Shown here: piece after piece, positions 1-14,300 of the stretch
How the letters are laid out: each line of letters begins with the position of its first letter
Position numbering within the stretch: position 1 is the stretch's first letter
NCBI GenBank assembly: GCA_903813345.2
Contig: CAIIXF020000001.1
Location: 5,828,001 to 5,892,000 of the forward strand
Origin: Owenia fusiformis
Lineage: Eukaryota
Direction: 5' to 3'
DNA length: 64,000 nucleotides
Made by a program: the position numbers and the translations under genes
The notes under the pieces: generated by a model
What the model was told of the DNA's origin: nothing
Seen by the model: the letters and a program-made list of their open reading frames with translations, nothing else
Database searches by the model: none

Positions 1-374
1 TCTACCATCTACAAAGAAAACCTTTTCATACAAAAGGAATGTCCACGGTGACAAAACTTTTTACATATGAGATTAAGCATGTGTTTCTGGTCATAATACA
101 GGAAAGTATATTATGCGAACATTTAAACACAACAAGTGCAGTGTTCATGAAAGGACAGCCCCACTCTTGTCACTTTTGGGACCTCCTGTATGGCACTGGA
201 TATACATATATGTATAACTTTCAGGAGTTGTATATGATTGGTCTGTCAATATATCAATTATTACATATTTGACCAAAAAGTAGGGGGGGGGGGGGGGGGG
301 GGTTCACAGAGCCTTGTAGCTAGACAAGTCAAGAGTTCATATTTTTTGACTCACAATGTTAAACTAGCAATATA

Positions 375-452
375 CAGGGTGTCCATAAAGACTCCTACAA
401 TTACATGTACTGTACAATATAAAGCCTGTGTAAAAAGACTCTGAACACCCTG
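375..452. mobile_element. Tiny Tc1/mariner-type MITE
   Basis: TA-CAGGGTGTCCA...TGAACACCCTG-TA. Confidence 0.6.
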
Positions 453-1648
453 TAAATTAACCTTTTAAGATTATCCAATGAAACTCCCCACGCATATAAC
501 CTAATTTATAAAAAAATATCAATTTCTGAAGTTATGTAAACGTCTTTGACAGGAAAAGTTTCTTTCCAGAAGCAAGTAAGCAAGACATACTCAGACTTTC
601 TTCACAGTTCTAGGTAACTAATATAGCAGTATGTAACAGTTTAATACTGAGTGTTTATAACATGACTTGTATGAACTCCCATTCAAATGCACTGTTCATG
701 AGGCTCAGTTGACTAAAATGGAGAAAAGGCTCTCTGCAATGATGTCATTTGACTGCAATGATGTCATTTGACTGCAGTGATGTGACATCATTTTCATCAT
801 GTTATAAACTTCTAGGGTGTGTGATACAAACCAGTCTATGTGATACACCACACACCCTATTTTTCAACCTATATTCCCTAAATATATTATACTACATTAT
901 TTATTTACAATTACATTAATACAATTAACCCAAACTCATCCAATAAGTTGTTGATTATTTGGACAGTTCTTGCTCTGCAATTAATGGAGGCTACTAACTT
1001 GCCTAATAATTAATAGCCCTGGAAGTACATGTACAAACCACTTAATGATTGGAGAATTCAAATGTTATACCCTATGTTCCAAAGCTTTTCTGTGTGTAGT
1101 TGTGGAACAGAGGGTATAAGTTGTGTTTCAAATATAATTTCCTTCAAATTTAACTATTCAATCACACATCATGATCTATTGAAATAGCTCACAAAAATCC
1201 TGGAAAATCTTGGGTATTGCACTATCTTCACATGATTACAGTATAATCACTTCCAACATTCTGATACATGTACATGAAAATTGCTCATTTAAATCGCCCA
1301 ACAGTGTAATATCAAATGGCATAAAATTGTACCCCACTGATTTTAATATATCACAATACATGCAATAAGCTTTGCAACATAATATGCATTTCAGAAAAAT
1401 ATATTGAATACATACGATATATGAACATGTATATATAGAAACATTGGAATCTCTTGAATAACTAGAAAGCAAACATTCTCTGTTAAGCATGAGTCAAAGA
1501 AACACTTGAATAAGAGAAGTTTGACTGATGATATCAAGGATAATCTATTTATCATGTTTATAGCAGTAGCAGCCCATGCGACCACAAGTATGAATACTGA
1601 GCTTGAAAATGCAATTACTTCATTCATGCTTCTGTATCATTCACGTTC

Positions 1649-2339
1649 TTAATTAGATTTATCCCTTACAGCCTCTCTTATCTCATCAATTAGATTCTCA
1701 TTAATCTTATTTCCAGGAGTAAGAGTAATATCTAGAAGAGTCCCGCTATTCTTTTTCACTCCCTGCAAAATTGCATTGCCCCCTTCATCTGACATGTTAT
1801 TCCCTTCTAAGTCCACACAACGCAGTTTATTATTTGTTGCCAATAATCCTCCTATAATGTCTGCCCCCTTATCTCCAAGGCGATTATAGTCTAGAGATAA
1901 TGTATGCACTGTCTTATGATTTTTAAGTGTTTCAGCCAGCTGACTCCAACCATCATGAGTTACCTTCCGGTTCCCAGACAAATTCAAAGTCGTAATTTTT
2001 AGAAAATCAAACTCCAAAAGTCTTTGAATATCTGAGATTGCTTCATCATCAATTTTCGTATCACCTAAGTCTAATCTGTTAAGCTTTAGTTGAATCTGAG
2101 CTATTTTATTCCGAGGGGAGAGAATTTCATCTCTATCCATGAGAATTGGGGACTCTGATCGAATAGCATTGCTCATAGCATCTGACACTAGATCTGATGC
2201 TACTGTTTCAATCGTCCTTGCTGATCCCATATTGCGGTTTTCATTGTCTCTGGTTACATCATTAGTGCCTGATGAGATATCCTTTAAGCCATTCACAATG
2301 TTCCGGACACCTTCACACCCCAATGGATTCCCATGTAAC
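1649..2339 (-). CDS. ERICH3: Terminal exon 18, RNI-type LRRs
   Basis: tttcag| acceptor; LHGNPLGCEG, LDLGDTKI, LNLSGNRKV, LSLDYNRLGDKGA, VDLEGNNMSDEGG; TAA at 1649-1651. Confidence 0.9.
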
Positions 2340-5300
2340 CTGAAACAGTCAGAGCTTAACATTAAATCTCCATGGAAAATAATAGAACACAAAAGAAAAG
2401 AACTTTCAAATGTAATTTCGTGTAAAAGAGGGTCATTGAGGATCTTACATTAGTACCTATGCAAGTGTTTGCTTTGTAATGACTCAATCAACACTATGAA
2501 AGCAAGTTAAAATGACATGGAAATGATTATGTCATGGAAAACTAAGAGGACACTGAGGATAATAATGATTTTCTAAAAAGTATAAAAATGTTAAACAAAC
2601 GTTTTCAATGATTTGCAAACCAAAATATTAATTTGTAGTCTCCAACTTTGACCAACTTTGTTTTCTAGTTTGACCACCTTTGTTTTTAACTTTTTCTGAC
2701 CAAGGGAGTTTTGTGTGTCACTCAACTGTCAATTATGAACTCCTTACAACTTGTTGATTTTCAAAAACAAATTTCATCAATTTGAAAGGAGACAAAGAAA
2801 GTGTGTTTCACCTTTTTTAAACTAAAATATCTTGAAAATAGAATAATGAAAATAATAAAAATAGTAACAGAAAAATATATAGGAGGCCCTAATAAATAAT
2901 ATAATGCCATTCACAAAATGTACACAATGGCATTCACAAAATGTATATGAGTCCTCCTGTTGGGCCTCCAAATGACTGTACACATATGTCACTTACAATA
3001 ACATTTTGATGGTTGGCTTGTCCTTGAATATCTCCACCACACTCTTGGCTCCATTGGCTCCTATGTTATTACAATTCAAGTTCAGCATCTAAATAAAACA
3101 GAACACATAGACAGATACTTGTTCAAATAGCCAAATTCAGCATTAGAAAACATATTTACATAATTAATGAAGTATTGAAATACATGTAGTTTTCAATCCA
3201 GGAACTAATTTCATGAGAAAATAAGATCATAATTTGGGCACATAAAATATTATATGTTTCATGAAACTTTGCTTTAATCTTACAAGGGAGGAATCATTAA
3301 CCATTAACATGTTTTTGATTTTAAATGGTCCAATAACAGTCCTACACCTACTCTGAATGTAGAGGGTGACTCTTTGATTGCCTCAGCCAGCTTAAACATC
3401 TTAGTATCATCTATGTTATCATTGCGTAGCATCAACGTCTGCATATCATCATGATCTCTAATGTACTCAGCCAACTCATTCACCTGAATCATAGACATTA
3501 ATGGTGATCTAGATTTTTCAACCTGTGTTGTAATCAGTTGCTGATTTGCAAAACAGGAAGCATTCCTAATGAATCTTTCAAACAGTTAAGCTGGAAACTA
3601 CATGTAATAGAAAAGACATTAGAATAAGATGCAAAATCCAAAATGGGCAATTATTTTGTAAGAAATTGGCTAAAACATTCCTTCAAATCCATTTATCCAT
3701 GAAATAATTTGGCTGAATTGGTTCTTGATTTTTATGAATCAATCCTTTAAACAGTTTGGCTGAAAATGCTTGGATGAGACTTTTAAGACAAACTCCAAAA
3801 TATGGCCACATCTACATTAAATTCATTGGACAGGTTTGGCTTCATCTGAAGCAGTGATAAAGTGAACTGAGTTGTCATGTATATGTACCTGGTAGTCATC
3901 AAGTGCAAGACTGGTGAGGCTGACATCTTCATTGTCTGTGATGAGTGGTATGATACTCCCTGTGTGGACTCTTCGAGGCTCCATACCAACTGTATTCAGA
4001 TACGCCTCATCATCATCACTCTCAGCTTGGTGCTCAGCAGCTGTGTCATCTTGTGTTTCAGCAGCTGTGTCATCTTGTGTCTCAGCAGCTGTGTCATCTT
4101 GTGTCTCAGCAGCTGTGTCATCTTCAGGCTTGTCTTCATCCTTTGTTGTTTCAACTAGCTTATCCTCTTCAGTAGCAGACTGGGGCTCTAAAACAATTTG
4201 ATGATGATTCTAATTTAATCTAATATATTTCGATCATCAAGTACAATTTCATTCAACAACTGCAGTTATACTTATTGAAATACAATCAATTTACAAAGTT
4301 AACTTCTTAAGTCTAACAAAATCAATGAGCTGGGTACATATATTTGCTAGAGACGGCAAAATCATTCAAAATTATTTTTACCAGCATCAACATAATTTCT
4401 ACTATCATCATCTTCATCTTGATGTTTTCTATCATCTGCATCATTACTATTTCTATCATCTTCATCACTGTGTTTGCCATCTTTATCTTTAGCATTGTCA
4501 TCTTCTTTGATGTTATTATCATCGGTATCATCAGTAGATTTGTTGTTTTGATCTGACCCAGAGGGATGGGAATCAGAATCTAGCAAGAGAAATAAGTGAT
4601 TGGGTGAAAAAAGAATTAATTGAAAGCAATCTGTCTGATTTGTTAAAGAGTGCACAGAAGTGACTATTAAATGTAGTGTACTATTACAGAAAACATAAAT
4701 CATTAATCAATCTATCATTAAATAATTGGTTTTCATTTCAACTGTTTATGATAACACGTGCATACACAAATACAGAAAGATCAAATTAAAAAAGAAATTA
4801 CAATTTGAATAAGGTACATTAACCATGTGGAACAAACAGGTAACATAGAACAGGTAACAAGAACCATTGAGCAAACAAGTAATTAAGCAGTACAATTGAA
4901 AATTAGATTGAAGATAACATACAAGCACTGTTGAACAAACATGTAACAAGCACTGTTGAACAAGCAGATTACAAGTACCATTGAATAAATAGGTAACAAA
5001 TCCAACTCAACAAACAGATTACAAGCACTGATGAACAAACAGATTACAAGCACCGTTGAACAAGCAGATTACAAGCACCATTGAATAAATAGGTAACAAA
5101 TCCAACTGAACAAACATATTACAAGCACTAATGAACAAACAGGTAACAAGCACTGTTGAACAAGCAGATTACAAGTACCATTGAATAAATAGGTAACAAA
5201 TCCAACTCAACAAACAGATTACAAGCACTGATGAACAAACAGATTACAAGCACCGTTGAACAAGCAGATTACAAGCACCATTGAATAAATAGGTAACAAA

Positions 5301-8300
5301 TCCAACTGAACAAACAGATTACAAGCACTGATGAACAAACAGGTAACAAGCACTGTTGAACAAGCAGATTACAAGTACCATTGAATAAATAGGTAACAAA
5401 TCCAACTGAACAAACAGATTACGAGCACTGATGAACAAACAGATTACAAGCATTGTTGAACAAACAGGTTACAAGCAGCATCAAACAAACATGTAGAACA
5501 AGCACTGCAGAAAAAGAGGTATAAAAGAGACACAGTCAAGTAAACCATACAATAAAACGAATACAGTATTATAAATATCATGCAGTAGCAGTGGTTGCTT
5601 TAAACAAGAGTAGAAATAGTGAGTTTAAGGGGCAATTCAATGCCTTTGACTGTTCCTTTTAATTGACTCCTCATTCAGCTGAAACATTAAAAATAGTTTT
5701 ACACCCTGCATGATATTTGAACTAAACAACATCACAATTTTAGGGAACTAAACAACATCACAATTTTAGGGAACTAAACAACATCACAATTTTAGGGATC
5801 ATTAGATAGTAGAGGTGGAGTGGTGTAACCAATTTTCTTTTATAAAATAGGTAGACTTGTAATCATCAGGGAGTACTAGTATACCACAGGATTTTTGTTA
5901 AAACCAAACTTTATTTTTTCCTTTCCTTAACCAAGTCAAAAAAAATTCATTGCTAAAAAAGGCTATCACACTCTATACTACCCCTACTATTAGGTCTAAT
6001 GCCTTGCTACTTGTAACTCTGGAAGACATCAAATGATATTCAGTTTTTGCATTGCTGACCATGCAAACCTCAAAATCATTGTTAAGTTTTCTTGTTGTGT
6101 TTTGTATCATTATCTTCATTATTTCACTTTTGACAAATGTGCTAACATATACTGTATCTGTAAGAACTCATTGTATATGCAAGAACTCATTGTATATGTA
6201 AGAACTCATTACATCTTTGTAAGAACTCATTGTATATGCAATAACTCATTGTATATGTAAGAACTCATTGTATATGTAAGAACTATAACGTGGATCATAT
6301 GCCCCTTGGGGTGTCTTCCACTATAGTGATTGTACTTGTATTATTTGGAATTTAGGAAATAAATAAAACAAACAAACAAGATACGACGTCAGATACTGTA
6401 CATCACGGCGTAACATTGTAATTGTTCATTTTACCGACAAAATGCAAAGATTTACGCGATAAATATGCGCAATGCTCCTCCAAGTTATTGCAAAAGTTTT
6501 AATGTTCGTGGAATCTTCTTAAAAACTTCAAATTTTGTTCAGATTAATCTGTGCTTCAATACAATTCTATATTCAAAAAGGTTTTGTCACGACATACAGA
6601 ATTAGAATCACCAGAAAGTAGACATTTCAAACCCTACCCGTTTTCTTCTTTGTCGCGCTTATTTTAACTCGAATATTAAGTTTTATTTATTTAAAGCAAT
6701 GAATAATAAAGGAGAACATATAATACGCTAACGGCGTAACGTCTTATTTTGTAAAGGCTTCACTTGGGGTTGCGGTGATAAAATGATGTCTATCTCAATA
6801 TATACTGGTTCAAATTAAATGAAATTAATTGTATGTTGTAAGGGGTATATTTAAAAGAACATGCTGAAACATTGGAAAGTTTTGAATGTGTATCCCTTAA
6901 TTAGAAATATTTGAACTCAAAAAATGAAACGTAATTTTGTGAATTTTTCACATGGCTTCACTTCATATTTCTTTCAATTTATGCTTCTTACAGACTGAAT
7001 TTTAATCGAAATGATATAGTTTTTTGATAAAAATATAGAATATGATATGCCTTTCATGAATCAAAAAAGAATAATTCACCTTTCAAACGATTTAATGTTT
7101 AATTGATCAAAATATATATCTTATTGGTACGAAATTCTGCCTGTCCACACTTTTTTTGCATAAATATAAGCGTTACGTTAGCATTGTTATATTATGACGT
7201 CATCACACAGAATCTGTTTGTCTTTTCCAAAATAGTGAATTTAAATATTGAGAAAATTTGAGAAAGATCCGTTAAGAAAAGAAAAAGTTATCTTCATTTT
7301 TCTTTTAAAATTAAAATCATTTTTCTTCAAAATGTTACAGTCCACACCCAGTTTTAGCATAGAAAGTCGCATAATACGGCTTGCGTGATTCTCATTTAAA
7401 AAGTCCCAAATCAGTTATTTGGAATTCTGATAGGCAAAATATTTCATGGACATACGTGTTCAACTGATGACGAAAAATTGTAGAAAAATATGATTTTGCT
7501 GTCGAGATATTGCGGTTTTAAAAGTAAGTACGCATGTAAAAATGCAGTAAAATGCCGCGATGTACATTATCTGACGTCGTATCACAAACAAACTCATTAC
7601 ATCTTTGTAAGAACTCACTGTGTTTGTGAGAGCTCATTGTATATGCAAGAAGTCATTGTATATGTAAGAACTCATTACATCTTTTTGAGAACTTATTGTA
7701 TATGCAAGAAGTCATTGTATATGTAAGAACTCATTACATCTTTTAAAGAACTCATTGTATTTGTGAGAACTCATTGTATATGCAAGAACTCATTGTGTAT
7801 GTAGGAACTCATTACATCTTTTTAAGAACTCATTGTATTTGTGAGAACTCATTATATTTGCAATAACTCATTGTATTTGTGAGACCTCATTGTATATGCA
7901 AGAACTCATTGTGTATGTGAGAACTCATTACATCTTTGTAAGAACTCATTGTATTTGTGAGAACTCATTAATAGCTAGGGCAAAAATGGATTGTAATTCT
8001 TAGAAACAAATATGTTCTAATAAATCTTGATGATTCTGAGGGTTGTGTTGGTTTGCAACCCGTTTGATTACATTAGGCTGCCTTCCAGTACACCAAAGGC
8101 ATTTTTGAAACACTACATCCAACAATATCAACATATTATTACACTGAAGCATTCTCAATATGAAAATAACTAACTTTATCAACACAAATAAATATTTGCC
8201 ACTATACCATTGTACCCTATGCTATAGAGGAGAGTAAAGTGTTAATTAACAGAAATATATATCACGTAATCGCACATATGATATTATTTGATAAAAACAT

Positions 8301-11300
8301 ATACACACGCTGGTACATAAAGTATGTAAGGCAAAAGAATGAATGTCAATGATAACTGATAAAAAGTAAAGTAAATAGAAAGCAAATAAATGAATAAAAC
8401 CCAAACTATACCTGTCTTACTTAACATATAAATACACTCACCTTTTTGTAGAACCTTCTCCATTTCAGCAGCAACTTCTTGATTTAGTGTATTTTCATGT
8501 GTAGTAACTTCATCATCTTTTGATGAATCCTCTTCTTTTTGATCATGTTCCTTATCATTAGTATCCTCGTCGTCAGAGTCTTCCTCTTTTTGCTTTGGTG
8601 TTTTATCCTCATCTTCAGAACTAGAGGAGGAACTAGAGGAAGATGAGGAACTAGAGGAAGTAGATGAGGATACACTTCTAGCATCATCATTATCATCATT
8701 GTTATCATCATTGTTCTGCTCAACTTTATCATGATCCTCATCATCAACCTCTTCAGCCTCTGATAGTGATACAGGTTCAGCAGTCTGCTTTACTGGTTCA
8801 GATTCTGAAAATAAATAACATGAATTATCAGAATAGTACCATGGGTACTGGGCTCACATGGCGTTAATGCTTTCAAAAGACTAATTCTTATGTATAATTT
8901 CAAGCAAAATGATGGAACATTTTAGACAACCAGTGAGTGCCAAAAAACATGATTCTTCATCATGAAAAGTCGTGGCAATTTCGAAATCTTTCGAGATGAC
9001 AAAACTACTAGACGTCACATTAGTCTTAACAAGTACTCTAACCCGTCAGTGTTCAATTTCAACCAAATCAATGCAATGGATTTATAACACAAAAAGTGAT
9101 ATTTCCACAATAAAAGTCACAGGAATCCATTTAAAATCTTAGCGAAAACTGATAACATGACATTTTAGCAATAAAAGAGGCAACCATTTTTTATATTCGC
9201 CAAATATTTTTCTAGGCATTCTAAAATTCTAGGCCTTATTGTTAATCATGTCATTGTCATTGTCATTTGTAACATACAATGTGATACTTCGACAATAAAA
9301 GCGGTAGCCATTTTGAATTTTTGTGACTTTGTTGAAACTTGGACACATCACTGCTAACTCATAAGCTAAGGTACCTTTATAATCTTAAGCAAATTGATGG
9401 AATACTTTTGGAGTTGACCAACATGATTTTCAGCAATCGAAATGATAACAGACATTCATGATTACAATAGTTTAAATGAAATATGGGGAAACAGAGAATT
9501 TATCTTAGATCTAACCTTCTAATATCTCATCATTCTCTTCAGCCTGCTTTTCTTTTTCCTCATCTTCAAAAGCTTCATCATCATAGTTATTCTCTGCCTT
9601 GTTATCACCATCATTAGCTTCTTCATCTTCAAAATCATCGTCAGAGTAGTCTGTAACAGTATCATCAACACATTCAACTATCAGCATAAGGGACATATCT
9701 CACACAGTAATTACAAAGTACAATTTGCACCCACATAAGAGCAACCAGGTGAATATCTTGAAGTGACTGAAGTTTTGATATTATGACCAGTTTCAAACAT
9801 GTGTAAGATTATATTGATAAGGCAAATCAAACATCAAAATGTCTCACATCAAAACGAACCTTATAATGACCTTGCAATGTATTTAATATAAAATGAAATA
9901 AATTTGAAAACACCAATAAATGTTCATAGCTCATAGAAATAATGTTTTCTGATTGGACATTTGAGAATCAAAATTTCTTTAAAGTGTTTTAAAAGTACAA
10001 GTGTGTAGAAGTAAATTTTATTCAGTACATGGTATGAAAAAGATATTCGACATATTCAAATTTCACAGAAATCTGATTAAATATATTTCTACAGGCAGTC
10101 ACCTGATAAGTGCATCAGTGAGAAAGGTGGCGCAGTAAGCAAACACAATGAAGAGAAGCATAAAACAGTAAAATCTGTGTTGAGGTGAAATATGTTTGGT
10201 ATCTTAAATTATAGTATGTTCCATGGAAGTGTTCCACTTTCAATGTTTTACTATACTTGCAGTATGAGGTATATAACAATGTGATCCGTGAGGGCTATAC
10301 ATGTATGTACCTAATTAAAGGTGAACAACTGAACATAATGTGTCCTAGATTGGATCACCCCTAGCATAGTCATCAGTGAATAGCAACGGTGTCAGAAAAA
10401 CCTGAGACATTCTCAATATATCTATAATTCACCACTGCTTGAGGTATCAGATTCAAAGCTTCCTGATCCACTTCCAGAGTCACTGCTACTCGACTCAGAT
10501 CCACTTTCCACAGAAAGCAAGGACTTGGGAGGATTTAAAACAACAAGACTGCCACCTTTTGAGAAGAATGTGCTCTTACTTTTAGATGCCTGGGATTCTG
10601 TATCACTGTCCTGCACAGGGACTAAGATATCACTGGGACCTAGAATAGAACAGGTTAGTTCAATCCTTGTTAGTTGTAAGCACTATACTAACTCAGTATT
10701 ATGTTTGAAAAATGTTAACACAACAAACCAGGTTTTGCAAGATCTGAAAAACATTATTATTCCAATGTTAAGTTTTAGCCAAATCTAAAAGATATTGTTA
10801 ATCATTAGTAAAGAAAGTTGAGTTGAATCTGCAAGTCATACCAAAAGATTATATCACTAGAAAAACAGCAACTCCACGGAGTAGCAAATCCCACCGAACA
10901 AAACATGTTTTGGTAAATAACGGCCATATAAAATTTGAGCCAAATCCATCCACTGGTATTAGAATTATCAAAGATTGTGTTTTTATGAAACATGGTTGCC
11001 ATTTTGAAATTCAGCTGTCATCTTTAGATTTCTCCTTTAGCAGAGCTCCTATGTCCAAAGGCATCAGAATATACATTTAATCCAAATCCGTCAACTGGTA
11101 CTTTAGTCATCAAAGGTTACATTCTTTTATGAAAAGTGGCGGCCATTTATAAATTTAGCTGCCATCTTGAAAATCCCTTTCTCAAACAGAGCTCCAATGT
11201 CCCTAGGCATCAGCATGTAAAATTTGAACCAAATCCATTCAATTGTATTTGAGCTATCAAAGATAATGTTTTTTTACGAAAAATGGCTGCCATTTTGAGA

Positions 11301-14300
11301 TATGGTGGCCATCTTGAAAATGTCTTCTTGAGCAAGGCTCCTTTGTACCCAGGCGACAACATATAAAATTTGATCCAAATCCATTCTATGGTACTTGAGT
11401 TATCAAAGATAACGTTTTTTTACAAAAAATGGCCGCCATTTTGAAATATGGTGGCCATCTTGAAAATGTCTTCTTCAGCAAGGCTCCTTTGTACCTGGGC
11501 AACAGCATATAAAATTTGAACCAAATCCATCCACTAGTATCTGAGTAATCAAAGATTATATTTTTTCCGAAAAATGGCCGCCATTTTGAATTAAGTGGCC
11601 ATATTGAAAATTTCTTCTCGAGCAGAGGTCCTACACCCATAAGGCATAAGCCTATAAAATTTGAATGAAATCCGTCAACCGGTATTTGAGTTATTGCCCG
11701 GACACACGAACGGACGGACGAACGGACGGACGAACGGACGGCTTTTCTATATCCCCCTCGAACTTCGTTCGGTGGGATAACAAAACACAATGCCTAAACA
11801 AAGACAAAGTATATAGACAACTCCTAAAAAGCAAGGACAATGCCTAAACAAGTGAGGGCAATGTCTAATCATTAAGGGCAATGCCTAGACAAGCAAGGTC
11901 AACGATCAGACGAGCAAGGGAAAGTTGAAATGTGTACATTATGTACCTTCTTGTTCTTTTTCTTCCTCATTCCCCTCTCCTCTTATCTCAGTTGTCTCTT
12001 CATCTTTCTCTTCTTCATTATTTTTCTGAGCTTCATCATTCTCTACCTCTTGTTTCTCTTCATCATCTTGTTTTGTGTCATCCATAATATCTTCTTCCTC
12101 CTTCCTCTGGGCATCTTCTTCTTTTTGTTTCTTTTTACGAAATTTTCTGGATTCGGACATTCCTTTCTCGACTTGGCATCTTAAATGTTCAATAAAAAAT
12201 TATCTCATTGTGCAAATAAGAAACAAAATCACTTAATAGTAATGATATTTTATAAGCGAAAGAAAGATGCATAAAAAAGTTGATTTTCATGTGCTTTTAA
12301 ATCCTCTTTTAACATACCTGTAACAAGGTGCAGCACCTTCAACGGCTATAAACTTGAAGTGGCCCTGCTTGCCACCAATCTTTGTCCCCTTTCTGTGTTT
12401 GTACTCACAGCATGTGCTGATCCTGGCATCCATTACACCATCGACATAAATAGACAGACTGAAAGGGTAGCCTCTGTGACGTCTACTAAGGAATGTGAAG
12501 TCACCTAAAAATACAAACAAAAATGTAGGAACATCTAGAGGTTCATCTTAATTTGGAGAAAGTTCATCTATGAATTTTGGGGTATTTTGGTAGCTATGGT
12601 ACATGTTCTTCAAGTTGCATCCTGACCTTGGTTAAAACCAAAAGACTATAACAAAGGCACAAAATCACTTACTGCCAGGCAAAATAAGCTCTCTGAACAC
12701 AGGAAGTGTGCTGCCCCCACAATGCTGCTGCTCAACATGTACGTCCTGTCTTGGATCAAACTGTTCACGCTGCAAGTGGATGTTACTACCCAGGTAATGT
12801 AGCGTCACCTTGCAGAATGACTGCACCCGTGTCTGATACATCATAGCAGGCTCCTGTCTGTGCAACATCAAAGAACCCTACACAAACAGAACAAACCCAG
12901 GATTTACATTTACAGTTAATACTACAATAATTCAAGTTAATTTTGTTCATTTTGGTTAATGTTGGTATTTGGTTAGGTGCTCAGGGACTTGGTTACGATT
13001 AAAAATTAATATTTGATTGTGTTTATCCTATGAGAAATGAAAACACACAAAAGAAGCAGGGGGAGAAAGCAAAATTATCAAAGCCTACAAAGTGCATGTA
13101 TGTACATGTACAATGTGGGTCCAACAATATATTCTGGTGAATTTTGTAATAGGCATTGGTATTACATGTAATTCCCAATACTGTCATTGTTTTTTGTTTT
13201 TAATGGAAGAAACCATAATTAACATGAAACACATTAATATACCCAATATCTCTTACTGTCTTTAAAACTGACCATATGACATTTTATAAATGGGTAAGTA
13301 CCTTATTGGGAAGTCCAGCTTTTTTGCACCTAGTGTTTTTAGGCTGCATGAAAAGAAAGTAGTCCAGTCAGTGATTAATTATAGTTATTGTATTCCAAAC
13401 TAATGTTAAACATTTACAATATGATACGTATGGGATTCAAAGCAAATATATTAGTTCAGTTAGTATATTCAAAACTAATGCAGAACATGTACAATAGGGC
13501 ACTGTGAGATTCAAGGATGTTAAGTATGGATTTATTTCCAGTTTATTTCTCATTAATATAAAGTACTTTTGGAGGAGTGCAGTGCTATAGGTAGAGAAAA
13601 CTTGTGTTCAAGAAATAAAGTACGACTATGATATATTTTTATTCAAAGAAGCTCCACCATCAGAATTATAACTAAGAGATAAACATGAGAGGTTTCACCC
13701 AGATGTCATGAAAGAGATTGGTAAGACAACAGAAAGGTAAAGAAGAACAAGTGAACATTAACATGAAGTTGTGCATTATTAAGGTTAAGTTAAGCCTGGT
13801 TTACACTAACAGGTCGTTTTTGTTCCACTGTATTTCCATTGGGAGAAAAGACCGCTGGAAGTCTTAACATGATTTTGGTCTTGATAGGTCTTTTCTAAAA
13901 TCTGAAAATATCTTGTTGAGTCCCGTGATGTCCGATGGAGTCTGCTTCAAAAAGAGTGCTTGACTTTTTGTGGAAAGACCTGGACTTCCATTCTTTCACC
14001 AGTCTTCATCAGACTTTTTTTTTAAAAAACATGATATTTCCATGGCAGCAGAGGCCCTCATACATGACATCCCAGGACCCAAGGAGACTCAATTGGGCTC
14101 GACATGACTCCATCGAAATAATAATAAAAAAAGGACTTCAAGAGGACTTAAAACATTGGGAAGACAATTGATTCGTGAAGATCTGTCAGTGTAAACCTAG
14201 CTTTTGTGTATTCCAAACTAATTATGAGAAATATTGTGATTTTCATTATATGGAGAAGATTTTACATACCATGTTTTTATCTTGGTCTTCCTGTTCTGAT

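Noticed and set aside
283..302. Poly-G runs (also ~18147-18161 and ~42027-42047) as functional G-quadruplex elements
   Set aside because: Simple homopolymers of uncertain assembled length with no supporting context
1649..3483. Independent NLRC3/RNI-like LRR gene
   Set aside because: No own start exon or NACHT domain is visible, and the exons splice in phase to the upstream acidic ERICH3-like exons
3877..4556. Plus-strand hydrophobic ORFs (also 11930-12184 and 2139-2453)
   Set aside because: Antisense shadows of Asp/Glu-rich or LRR minus-strand exons
8836..8870. Another CATG...CATG footprint
   Set aside because: No 7-bp direct repeat flanks it and it does not match the TIR family
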